NCBI GenBank assembly: GCA_012719395.1
Contig: JAAYAL010000016.1
Span: 85,026-149,025 of the forward strand
DNA length: 64,000 nucleotides
Reading direction: 5' to 3'
Source of the DNA: Gaiellales bacterium
GTDB taxonomy: Bacteria; Actinomycetota; Thermoleophilia; RBG-16-64-13
Program-made: the position numbers and the translations under genes
Shown: positions 1 through 8,360 of the stretch, one piece after another
How the letters are laid out: each line of letters begins with the position of its first letter
Position numbering within the stretch: the stretch's first letter is position 1
Notes under the pieces: model-generated
What the model saw: the letters and a program-made list of their open reading frames with translations, nothing else
Database searches by the model: none
What the model was told of the DNA's origin: nothing

Positions 1-42
1 CTCCACTACCTTCTCCACGGGTCGATCCCTTTGGGAACGAGT

Positions 43-795
43 CTAACCGGCCAGGACCTGCATGATCTCGTCCGGTATGTCGAAGTTGGCGAAGACCTCT
101 TGGATATCGTCGTGGTCTTCGAGCGCATCCAGCAACCGAAAAGTCTTACGGGCATCAGATTCGTCGAGGACCACCGTGCTCTTGGGGATCATGGTGAGCT
201 CGGCCGACGTGTACTTGATGCCAGCCTCCTCCAGCGCCTGCCTGACTGCCATGAATTGCGAAGGATCAGTCAGGATCTGGAAGCTGTCCCCCTCCGGACC
301 GACATCCTCCGCGCCAGCGTCGATAGCGGCCATCATCAGCTCGTCCTCGGTCAACCCACCGGCCTCCACGAAGATGACGCCCTTCCGCTCGAAGATCCAG
401 CTCACGGAGCCGTCGGTGCCCAGCTTGCCGCCGGCACGGTCGAAGATGTGGCGCACATCAGCCGCCGTGCGGTTCTTGTTGTCCGTGAGAGCCGTCAGGT
501 ATACGGCCACACCATTGGGCCCATAGCCTTCGTAGGTGAGGTGTAGGTAGTTCTCCGCGTCCGCGCCGGCCCCGGTGCCCTTCTTGATAGCCCGGTCGAT
601 GTTGTCGTTGGGCATGTTGGCATCCTTGGCCTTCTGGATGGCCTGCACCAGGGCGGCGTTGTGTTCCGGGTCCCCTCCGCCTTCCTTGGCGGCCACGGTG
701 ATGGCACGCGAGAGCTTGCCGAACTCCTTGCCCCGCTTGGCGTCAACCGCCGCCTTCTTGTGCTTGATACCCGCCCATTTGGAGTGGCCAGACAT
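43..795 (-). CDS. yebC: YebC/PmpR family DNA-binding regulatory protein
   Basis: The 250 aa protein starts MSGHSKWAGIKHKK...NIDRAIKKG, a textbook YebC N-terminus, and its length is typical. Confidence 0.85.
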   Translation of the reverse strand: MSGHSKWAGIKHKKAAVDAKRGKEFGKLSRAITVAAKEGGGDPEHNAALVQAIQKAKDANMPNDNIDRAIKKGTGAGADAENYLHLTYEGYGPNGVAVYLTALTDNKNRTAADVRHIFDRAGGKLGTDGSVSWIFERKGVIFVEAGGLTEDELMMAAIDAGAEDVGPEGDSFQILTDPSQFMAVRQALEEAGIKYTSAELTMIPKSTVVLDESDARKTFRLLDALEDHDDIQEVFANFDIPDEIMQVLAG

Positions 796-809
796 CGGTC
801 ACACCTCCC

Positions 810-1454
810 TCACCGTGTCATGGAGGAGGTCACCGCATCGACCTCCGTTTGCCTATCAATGTTCCCCTCACCACAGACCATGTGATCCAGGAAGAACGCG
901 TGCAGTCTCAGGTCTCCGGACAGCTCCGGATGGAAGGACGTGGCCAGCAGGTTCCCCTGCAGCACGCCCACCGGCTCACCGTTCAGGCCGGCAACCACCC
1001 GCGCACGCGTCCCCAGGGGAAATATGCGCGGCGCGCGGATGAAGACGCCCGGGAAGAGCTCTCCCTGCAATCCCAGAGGCGGCTGCAGCTCCACCGGCGA
1101 TTCGAAGCTGTGCACCTGCCGTCCGAAGCCGTTTCTCTCCACCTCTACGTCCAGCATCTTCAGCAACGGCTGCCGGCTCCGTCCCACTACGCTCTGCGCA
1201 AGAACAATGAGACCGGCACAGGTGGCGAACACCGGGCGCCGCGTGGCAAAACGTGACAGCGGTTCGCACAGGCCGAACTCCTCCAGGAGCTTCCCCATGG
1301 TGGTGCTTTCCCCCCCAGGAATCGCCAGCCCATCAAGACCGTCCAACTGAGCGGGCAGCCGCACCTCGCGCACATCCGCTCGCAGCTTGCGGAACATGCG
1401 CGCATGCTCACGGAACGCGCCCTGCAGGGCAAGCACTCCGACCACCGGCGCCAT
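810..1454 (-). CDS. pdxT: pyridoxal 5'-phosphate synthase glutaminase subunit PdxT
   Basis: The 214 aa product carries the class I glutamine amidotransferase motifs VLALQGAFREH and ATCAG. It lies directly downstream of pdxS, and the stop and start codons are adjacent. Confidence 0.85.
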   Translation of the reverse strand: MAPVVGVLALQGAFREHARMFRKLRADVREVRLPAQLDGLDGLAIPGGESTTMGKLLEEFGLCEPLSRFATRRPVFATCAGLIVLAQSVVGRSRQPLLKMLDVEVERNGFGRQVHSFESPVELQPPLGLQGELFPGVFIRAPRIFPLGTRARVVAGLNGEPVGVLQGNLLATSFHPELSGDLRLHAFFLDHMVCGEGNIDRQTEVDAVTSSMTR

Positions 1455-2333
1455 CTAGCAGCCGCGCTCCTGCAGGCGCTCCTTCAAGGTGTGGATCTCC
1501 AGTCCCGGCATGGCTTCGCCCAGGCCCAGCGACACCTCGGCTAGGATTTCCGGGCTCTGGTAGTGAGTGGTGGCCCGCACGATGGCCCGTGCCCGGCTGG
1601 CTGGGTCTTCGCTCTTGAAGATGCCGGAGCCCACGAAGACGCCATCCGCCCCCAGCTGCATCATGAGTGCCGCATCCGCCGGCGTGGCGATGCCCCCGGC
1701 AGCGAAGTTCACCACGGGCAGCGCGGCATTCTCCGCCACCCAGGCCACCAATTCATGAGGGGCCCCCAGTTCCTTGGCGACCGCGAACAGCTCAGTGGGA
1801 TCCATGCTGGCCAGGCGGCGGATCTCGTCCTGCACCCGACGCATGTGGCGCACGGCCTCCACCACGTTACCGGAGCCGGCTTCGCCCTTGGTCCGCATCA
1901 TGGCCGCCCCTTCAGAGATGCGCCGCAATGCCTCGCCCAGATCGCGGGCGCCACACACGAAGGGCACGGTGAAACCCCACTTGTTGACGTGGTGGGCCTC
2001 GTCAGCCGGGGTGAGCACCTCCGACTCGTCGATGTAGTCCACTTCCAGCGCCTGGAGTATCTGCGCTTCCACGAAGTGGCCGATACGCACCTTGGCCATA
2101 ACCGGAATGCTGACCGCTTCCTGAATCTCGCGGATCTTCTTGGGATCCGCCATGCGGGCCACGCCACCCTGGGCGCGGATATCCGCCGGGACCCGCTCCA
2201 ATGCCATGACGGCACAGGCGCCGGCCTCCTCGGCAATGGTGGCCTGCTCCGCCGTAGTGACGTCCATGATGACGCCACCTTTGAGCATTTCCGCCAGGCC
2301 GGACTTGACCCGGAGAGTACCGGTTTCCTTCAC
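1455..2333 (-). CDS. pdxS: pyridoxal 5'-phosphate synthase lyase subunit PdxS
   Basis: The 292 aa product has the PdxS signature [34 protein letters not shown] and is paired with pdxT. Confidence 0.9.
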   Translation of the reverse strand: MKETGTLRVKSGLAEMLKGGVIMDVTTAEQATIAEEAGACAVMALERVPADIRAQGGVARMADPKKIREIQEAVSIPVMAKVRIGHFVEAQILQALEVDYIDESEVLTPADEAHHVNKWGFTVPFVCGARDLGEALRRISEGAAMMRTKGEAGSGNVVEAVRHMRRVQDEIRRLASMDPTELFAVAKELGAPHELVAWVAENAALPVVNFAAGGIATPADAALMMQLGADGVFVGSGIFKSEDPASRARAIVRATTHYQSPEILAEVSLGLGEAMPGLEIHTLKERLQERGC

Positions 2334-2446
2334 GTGAGTTAACCTCCAGCTAACCGCCTAACCCTGAGAGTTTATATGCCGCGGCCCCGGCCTTCAACGC
2401 AGCAGGGGCCGGAGGGGCCGTCCCATGCCCCGGCGGAGGCCTTGCG

Positions 2447-3316
2447 CTACTTGAGCCAGTCCGACTCGTTCACCTGCTCCCGCACAGCCCGCAGGCGGCT
2501 GTCGTAGGCCTCACGATCCCGAGAGTAGATGGCAGCCGCGAGCGCGCCCACCAGGCTGAGCGGCCCCACCAGCGAGTGGGCGAAGAAGGTGGAGTCAATG
2601 TCGGCGAAAAGCGTCACATCTGCCTGTCCGGCGAGCGATGAGAGGGAATTGTCAGTGATGGCAACAGTGCCGGCGGTGCCGGCCACCGCCTGCCTGATGA
2701 AGGACACCGTCTGGGGGTGCGCGCGCCGAAAGCCCACCGCCAGGAGGGCATCCGCCGATCCCAGCTGCACCAGACGCGCAAAATTCGCTTCGGAGCCGTC
2801 CGTCACGGCCACGGTGGCGATCCCCAGAAGCTCGAAGACATACGCGGCGTGTTGGGCGACGATCGCCGCTTCATGCAGGCCCACGGCCAGCAGGCGTCCC
2901 GCCCCCGCGATGATGCCCGCCGCCCGGTCGAAATCCGGCAGCCTGTTCTTCGCCAGGGTCTCCTCCAGGCTCAGAATATCCGTTCGCAGCGCCCGAGTGA
3001 GGAAGTCCTCCTCCACGCGCAGCAGTAGCTGATCCTCATGGACAACGGGCCGAGTGCCGGCGCCCAGTCGAAACTCATCCCGAGCCGCCTTCTGCAGCTC
3101 CGGATAGCCTGTGAAACCCAATGATTGAGCAAACCGCACCACGGTGGAACTCGAGGTGTTCCCCTTTCGGGCCAGCTCCTCCGCGCTCAGATACCCTATC
3201 TCGTCCAGATGATCGATGATGTAGCGCGCGATGGCCTTCTGAGACCGCGAGAAACCATCAAACCCCTGCTCCAGCAGATCACTGACACGCTTGGGTTTGC
3301 CGGCTTCTACGGTCAT
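2447..3316 (-). CDS. RpiR/MurR family transcriptional regulator (HTH plus SIS domain)
   Basis: The RpiR HTH region reads SRSQKAIARYIIDHLDEIGYLSAEELA and a SIS-like C-terminal half follows. The start was chosen at the internal ATG (MTVEAGK, coordinate 3316). The ORF-track M at 3415 or the ATG at 3358 remain possible. Confidence 0.65.
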   Translation of the reverse strand: MTVEAGKPKRVSDLLEQGFDGFSRSQKAIARYIIDHLDEIGYLSAEELARKGNTSSSTVVRFAQSLGFTGYPELQKAARDEFRLGAGTRPVVHEDQLLLRVEEDFLTRALRTDILSLEETLAKNRLPDFDRAAGIIAGAGRLLAVGLHEAAIVAQHAAYVFELLGIATVAVTDGSEANFARLVQLGSADALLAVGFRRAHPQTVSFIRQAVAGTAGTVAITDNSLSSLAGQADVTLFADIDSTFFAHSLVGPLSLVGALAAAIYSRDREAYDSRLRAVREQVNESDWLK

Positions 3317-3504
3317 GATAGTGTGAGATGTGGTTGCATTACCAACATAGTACAACATCCGTTGCAGGGTTCCTGCGCACGGTGCAGGAGTGTAGCTCAT
3401 GGGGAGGACGGACAAACGGCGTCCATGCCGGCCCCGGAGACGGCGGGGGCGGCGGACCAGCGGTCCGCCGCCCCCATGCCCCGGCCGGCCGAATCAGAAG
3501 GCCA

Positions 3505-5592
3505 TCAGCCCTCTTCCTTGCGCTTGGCGTTGACCTCGTCAATGATCTTCTGGGCCATGTGCGCCGGTACTTCCTCGTAGTGGTCGAACTCCATGATGTA
3601 GGAACCGCGACCCCCGGTCATGGAGCGGAGCTGTGGAGCGTAGGTGAGCATCTCCGACAGAGGGACTTGGGCTCGGATCGCCTGCATCTCCCCCATGCTC
3701 TCGCTGCCCTGTGGGCGTCCACGACGACCGGAGAGATCTCCCATGATGTCCCCCATGTTCTCCTCGGGAGAGGTGACCTCCACGTTCATGATGGGCTCGA
3801 GGATGACGGGTTCCGCCATGGCCATGGCCTTCTGCCAGCCCAGGCTGCCCGCCAGCTTGAAGGCCAGCTCCGAGGAGTCAACCGGGTGGAACGAGCCGTC
3901 GTAGAGCCTGACGTGAACGTCCACCACCGGGAACCCGGCCAAGGTGCCGTGCTCCATGGCCTCCACGATGCCCTTCTCCACGGCGGGAATGAAGTTGCGC
4001 GGTATGGAACCGCCGAAGATGGCGTCCTCGAACTCGTAGCCGCCGCCGCGCGGGAGGGGCCAGATCTCTATCCAGCAGTCACCGAACTGTCCACGGCCGC
4101 CCGTCTGCTTCTTGTGCCGGCCCTGGGCCTGCACCTTCTTGCGGACAGTCTCCCGGTAGGGAACTTGCGGCGGATGTAGATCCACCTCCACGCCGAAACG
4201 CCGCTTCATCTTGTCCAGGATGACCTCCACATGCACCTGGCTGGTGCCGGAGATGATCATCTCCTTGGTCTGCGGATCAAAGCGCAGCTGCATGGCTGGG
4301 TCTTCTTCGCTGAGACGCTTGAGGGCGTTGGAGACCTTCTCCTCATCACCCTTGGCCTTGGAGGTGATGGCGAAGGAGATGGCGGCCGGAGGGAATTCGT
4401 AACGTGGGAAGGCAATCGGCCGTGACGCGTCGGCGAGGGTGTCACCGGTCTGAGTGTCTTTGAGCTTAGCCAGACCAACGATGTCGCCGGCGCCGGCTTC
4501 CTCAACGGTCTTGGTCTCTTTGCCCTGCGGGTTGAGGATATTGCCGGTGCGCTCCTTTTCCCCCGTGCGCGTGTTCACCAATTGGGTGTCGGTGGCGATC
4601 CGACCAGAGAAGACCCGCGCCAGGTTGATACGGCCCGAGAATTGATCGCTCAGCGTCTTGAACACGAACAGGGCAGCCGGTTGGTCCGTGGCCGCCGTGA
4701 TGGGCACAGTCTGGGAGCCGTCAAGCGTGGGGAGCTCGCGCTCCGGGACATCCGCCGGAGAAGGCAGCAAGGTGGTAACAACGTTCAGCAGCTGGTCGAT
4801 CCCGATGTTCTTGGTGGACGCCATGGCCACGATCGGTGAGATGGCGCCCTGGGCAATGCCGGTGATCAGAGCACCCATCAGCTCTTCCTGGGTGATCTCC
4901 TCGCCTTCCAGGTACTTCTCCGTGAGCGCGTCGTCAACCTCGGCCACGGCCTCGATGAGGTGTTCCCGGGCCTCCTCGGCGGCGTCCTGCATGTCCACCG
5001 GGATATCGCCCTCGGCAGCCTTGCCCAATGTATCGCCATACGTGTAGGCCTTCATCTTCAGCAGATCCACCACGCCCTTGAAGCCGCCCTCTTGCCCGAT
5101 GGGGATCTGGATGGGCACGATCCCCGAGCCGAGCCTCTCCCGCAATGCGGCCACGGCCTCCCCGAAGTAGGCCCGCTCGCGATCCATCATGTTCACGGCC
5201 GCCAGCCGGGCCACGCCGGCCTCCTCCGCACGCTTCCAGATGCGCTCCGTCTGGACCTCCACCTTGGCCACGGCGTTGATGACCATGATGATGCTCTCCA
5301 CCACGGCCAAGGTGCCCATGGTGTCATTGATGAAGGAAGCCTCTCCCGGCGTGTCAATGAGGTTGACCTTGGTCTTGTTCCAGTCCACGTGGGCGAGACC
5401 GGCAGTGATTGTCATCTGCCGCTTTATCTCGTCTTCGTCGTGATCCATGGCGGTGGTGCCGTCCATCACCGAGCCCAAGCGGTTCTTGGCACCCGAGGTG
5501 TAGAGCAGTGCCTCTATCAACGAAGTCTTCCCGGCGCCCCTGTGTCCGACTACCGCGATGTTTCTGATCTTTGCCGGCTCTACAAGCGCCAT
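3505..5592 (-). CDS. elongation factor G family GTPase (EF-G paralogue, EF-G2-like)
   Basis: The 695 aa product has a GTPase G1 motif (AVVGHRGAGKTSL) and DTPG, and the five EF-G domains are detectable. The N-terminus differs from canonical FusA (AHIDAGKTT), so this is a paralogue. Confidence 0.8.
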   Translation of the reverse strand: MALVEPAKIRNIAVVGHRGAGKTSLIEALLYTSGAKNRLGSVMDGTTAMDHDEDEIKRQMTITAGLAHVDWNKTKVNLIDTPGEASFINDTMGTLAVVESIIMVINAVAKVEVQTERIWKRAEEAGVARLAAVNMMDRERAYFGEAVAALRERLGSGIVPIQIPIGQEGGFKGVVDLLKMKAYTYGDTLGKAAEGDIPVDMQDAAEEAREHLIEAVAEVDDALTEKYLEGEEITQEELMGALITGIAQGAISPIVAMASTKNIGIDQLLNVVTTLLPSPADVPERELPTLDGSQTVPITAATDQPAALFVFKTLSDQFSGRINLARVFSGRIATDTQLVNTRTGEKERTGNILNPQGKETKTVEEAGAGDIVGLAKLKDTQTGDTLADASRPIAFPRYEFPPAAISFAITSKAKGDEEKVSNALKRLSEEDPAMQLRFDPQTKEMIISGTSQVHVEVILDKMKRRFGVEVDLHPPQVPYRETVRKKVQAQGRHKKQTGGRGQFGDCWIEIWPLPRGGGYEFEDAIFGGSIPRNFIPAVEKGIVEAMEHGTLAGFPVVDVHVRLYDGSFHPVDSSELAFKLAGSLGWQKAMAMAEPVILEPIMNVEVTSPEENMGDIMGDLSGRRGRPQGSESMGEMQAIRAQVPLSEMLTYAPQLRSMTGGRGSYIMEFDHYEEVPAHMAQKIIDEVNAKRKEEG

Positions 5593-5689
5593 GCGCTCCT
5601 CCTCGTTGCTGCGACGTGTTTGGGGGTAGGGTGCAACAGCCGTATTCTATCCAACAGGCCGAGTACGGGCACGCTCGCTCACGCCGCCG

Positions 5690-5938
5690 CTACTCGGTGC
5701 TCAGCTTCAGCTGGTAGCGGCGTCCCTTTTCCACCCAGTAGACGCCCGCCACCGTCTGTGGCAACAGCTCGAGAGCTCCCTCCCACAACTCGACGCGGAT
5801 GATCTCGTAGTCTCGATAGAAGACCTTGACGTTGTCGGTCAGTTCGCCGAAGCTGGTGGTCCGCAGCGCTTCATCATGGGCGCGAATCGACGAAGTCAGG
5901 CTGACGATGGCCCGACCCTCCTGCACGATTACCTGCAT
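5690..5938 (-). CDS. hypothetical small protein (82 aa)
   Basis: The ORF has GC3-rich codon usage consistent with coding, lies 70 nt downstream of rpmF on the same strand, and has no motif I recognise. Confidence 0.35.
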   Translation of the reverse strand: MQVIVQEGRAIVSLTSSIRAHDEALRTTSFGELTDNVKVFYRDYEIIRVELWEGALELLPQTVAGVYWVEKGRRYQLKLSTE

Positions 5939-6008
5939 GCCCAGCCCGCCACCGACATTACCACTTCACCCGGCCGAGGCCTTTGGGATGCGAAGCCGAC
6001 GCCTGCCT

Positions 6009-6188
6009 CTATTCCTCTACCTCAACGATCTGGCGACCTTTGTAGGTGCCGCAGTTCGGGCACACGGTGTGGGGCAGTTTGGGGCTATGACACTGGGGGC
6101 AATCCACGAAATGGATTGCGGTGAGGCTGTGCGTAGCCCTCCGCTTGTCCCGCCGCGAACGCGAGTGTTTTCTTTTGGGAAGAGCCAA
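6009..6188 (-). CDS. rpmF: 50S ribosomal protein L32
   Basis: I translated this by hand as MALPKRKHSRSRRDKRRATHSLTAIHFVDCPQCHSPKLPHTVCPNCGTYKGRQIVEVEE, 59 aa with a TTG start. It is absent from the ORF track because it is under 60 aa, and it sits in the classic yceD-rpmF arrangement. Confidence 0.85.
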   Translation of the reverse strand: MALPKRKHSRSRRDKRRATHSLTAIHFVDCPQCHSPKLPHTVCPNCGTYKGRQIVEVEE

Positions 6189-6259
6189 CTGTCACTCCTT
6201 CAGACCGGTACGAATCAAGGATTATTAGCGTATCTAGCCGCCGATTGCAAGCAGAGCCA

Positions 6260-6781
6260 TCACTCCAGATGGAGGTCCTGGAGTTTGGCCCAGCGGGGGT
6301 CGGGCGGCTGCTCACCTTCCCGGCACGGCCCCTCATGCACCTCGCCACCGCAAGTGGGGCACAGGCCGGCGCATCCCTCTGCGCATAGGATCTTCACGGG
6401 AAGGCCCAGCACCAGCGTCTCACGCGCGAGGCCCGCCACGTCCAACAGCAAGTCCTTGACGAAAGGGGACAGGTCTTCGGGGGACCATTCCGCCGGGCGC
6501 AAGGGAATGAACTCCTCCTGCTCCGCATTCACCTCCAGCTTCACTTCGCGCAGGCAGCGGAAACAGGGGCCGTACACCGAAGCCGAGAGACGCAGGCGAA
6601 CCAAGAATCCGCCGGAAATGCGCTCTACCTCTATTTCCACACCGTCCGCGTCCGCCAGCACCTGGTAGGCCTGCCCGGCCAGCAATACGGGTTCCAGCGG
6701 CACATCAAGGGCACACACCATCCGCTGCCCTTGATTGAGGGGCAGTTCGGCCAGATCAATGGAGGTGGCGCGTTGGCTCAC
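6260..6781 (-). CDS. yceD: YceD/DUF177 family protein (large ribosomal subunit accumulation protein)
   Basis: The 173 aa product has C-terminal Cys pairs (CAEGCAGLCPTCGG) and lies immediately upstream of rpmF, a conserved pairing in bacteria. Confidence 0.8.
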   Translation of the reverse strand: MSQRATSIDLAELPLNQGQRMVCALDVPLEPVLLAGQAYQVLADADGVEIEVERISGGFLVRLRLSASVYGPCFRCLREVKLEVNAEQEEFIPLRPAEWSPEDLSPFVKDLLLDVAGLARETLVLGLPVKILCAEGCAGLCPTCGGEVHEGPCREGEQPPDPRWAKLQDLHLE

Positions 6782-6843
6782 GGCTGTTCTCTCAGGTCCC
6801 GAGCTACCAAGGCGTGCAGATCGGCGGCCGCACGCCTTCGCGT

Positions 6844-7302
6844 CTAGGCCCCTTCTTCGCGCCCGCCCTGCAGGCGCTGGCGACCGCGCTGTACGGCGGA
6901 GAGGAACTTGTCCAGGTTGGTCTCCAGGGTGCCCAGTACCTCATCCGCATAGTCTTCCGAGCCGAGACGTACCTCACGGCCGCGGGCTTCCGCCTCCCGG
7001 ATAATCTCCTCCGCCTCGCGCTCGGCACGGCGCACCACTTCCTGCTCGCTGGAGAGGCGGGCCTGCTCCTCCTTGGCCTCCGCGATGATGCGCTCGGCCT
7101 CCTCTTTCGCCTCCTGCAGCATCTCCTGGCGCTCCTTGACGATCCAGCGCGCCTGCTTGATCTCCTCCGGGATGGTGGCCCGCATCTGATCAAGCACCTC
7201 GTAGATCTGCTCTCGATCGATCATGACCTTGTCCGTCATGGGAAACGTGCTGGCACCGTGCACCAGATCGTCGAGCTTGTCGATGAGAACCAGAACGTCC
7301 AT
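6844..7302 (-). CDS. hypothetical coiled-coil protein
   Basis: The start was set at the internal ATG (MDVLVLIDKLDDLV...) directly after the coaD stop. The rest of the protein is a lysine/glutamate-rich predicted coiled coil (EEAERIIAEAKEEQARL...). Confidence 0.5.
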   Translation of the reverse strand: MDVLVLIDKLDDLVHGASTFPMTDKVMIDREQIYEVLDQMRATIPEEIKQARWIVKERQEMLQEAKEEAERIIAEAKEEQARLSSEQEVVRRAEREAEEIIREAEARGREVRLGSEDYADEVLGTLETNLDKFLSAVQRGRQRLQGGREEGA

Positions 7303-7303
7303 G

Positions 7304-7795
7304 TCAGGCCTCCGCGGCAGCGTAGATCTCTTTGAATCTCTTGGCCACATAATCAGGGACCAAGCCGTCCACCGCGCCGCCAAAGGCGGCGATCTCCTTG
7401 ACCCCACTCGAACTCACGTACCCCACGCTCGGCGAGGCCATGAAGTACACGGTTTCCAGCTCCGCATCCAGCAGTTTGTTCAGCTGTGCCATCTGGAACT
7501 CGTACTCGAAGTCCATGACGGCCCGTAAACCCTTGACCAACATATCCGCCCCCACCCTGCGGGCACAGTCAACCACTAAACCGTCGATAGTGGTGACGGA
7601 CACATTGGGGAGATGTGCTGTTGACTGTTCCACGAAGCACAGACGCTCCTCCAGACTGAAGAGCGCGGTCTTGCGCGGCGGGGTCTTGACCACCGCCACC
7701 ACCAGCTTCTCAAACTTGCCGGCCGCCCGCGAGATGATATCCAAGTGGCCGCAGGTCACCGGATCGTAGGTACCAGGGCAGAGAGCCACTCTCAC
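7304..7795 (-). CDS. coaD: phosphopantetheine adenylyltransferase
   Basis: The nucleotidyltransferase motif VALCPGTYDPVTCGHLDII is present. The start was set at a GTG that overlaps the rsmD stop (TAGTG). The longer ORF-track N-terminus looks unlikely. Confidence 0.85.
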   Translation of the reverse strand: MRVALCPGTYDPVTCGHLDIISRAAGKFEKLVVAVVKTPPRKTALFSLEERLCFVEQSTAHLPNVSVTTIDGLVVDCARRVGADMLVKGLRAVMDFEYEFQMAQLNKLLDAELETVYFMASPSVGYVSSSGVKEIAAFGGAVDGLVPDYVAKRFKEIYAAAEA

Positions 7796-8349
7796 TATGA
7801 ACCCACCTTCCTGAACATGCTGATGCAGGTATCCCCGTAGTTCCTTTCGAACACTTTCTCTAGCTCTGCTTCCATGGTGGTTCCCTTCGGGCCCTCCACC
7901 ACGGCAAGGCCACCATCCCTGAGAAGCAGCCGCAACCAAGGCGTCACTTGGGCCATTACCCGGCCGGCCGTTCGATAGGGCGGATCAAGGAACAGCACAT
8001 CATAACGCTCTGCCCGCGCGCCGACCACACGCAACCCGGTAAGGAAGTTCGCGTTCACCACCTCGGTGGCCTCCCCAAAGCCCAGGCGTGCGATGTTGAG
8101 GCGAAGCGCCGCGCAGACCCGAGGATCCCTCTCCACAAACACGCAACGAGTCGCTCCCCGGGACAGCGCCTCCAGCCCCAACGCCCCGGAACCGGCAAAG
8201 ACATCGATCGCCCATTCACGCTCGAGTGGCCCCAGCACGTCAAAGACAGCTTCGCGCACTCGATCTCCGGTAGGCCTCACGGCGCGCAGCGGAGGCACGG
8301 TCAGCCGGCGCCCCCTCCGACTCCCCCCTATGATCCTGATCTCTCCCAC
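7795..8349 (-). CDS. rsmD: 16S rRNA (guanine966-N2)-methyltransferase RsmD
   Basis: The 184 aa product has SAM-methyltransferase motifs (VFAGSGALGLEAL, FLDPPY) and shows rsmD-coaD synteny. Confidence 0.8.
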   Translation of the reverse strand: MGEIRIIGGSRRGRRLTVPPLRAVRPTGDRVREAVFDVLGPLEREWAIDVFAGSGALGLEALSRGATRCVFVERDPRVCAALRLNIARLGFGEATEVVNANFLTGLRVVGARAERYDVLFLDPPYRTAGRVMAQVTPWLRLLLRDGGLAVVEGPKGTTMEAELEKVFERNYGDTCISMFRKVGS

Positions 8350-8360
8350 CCCTTGCGCCC

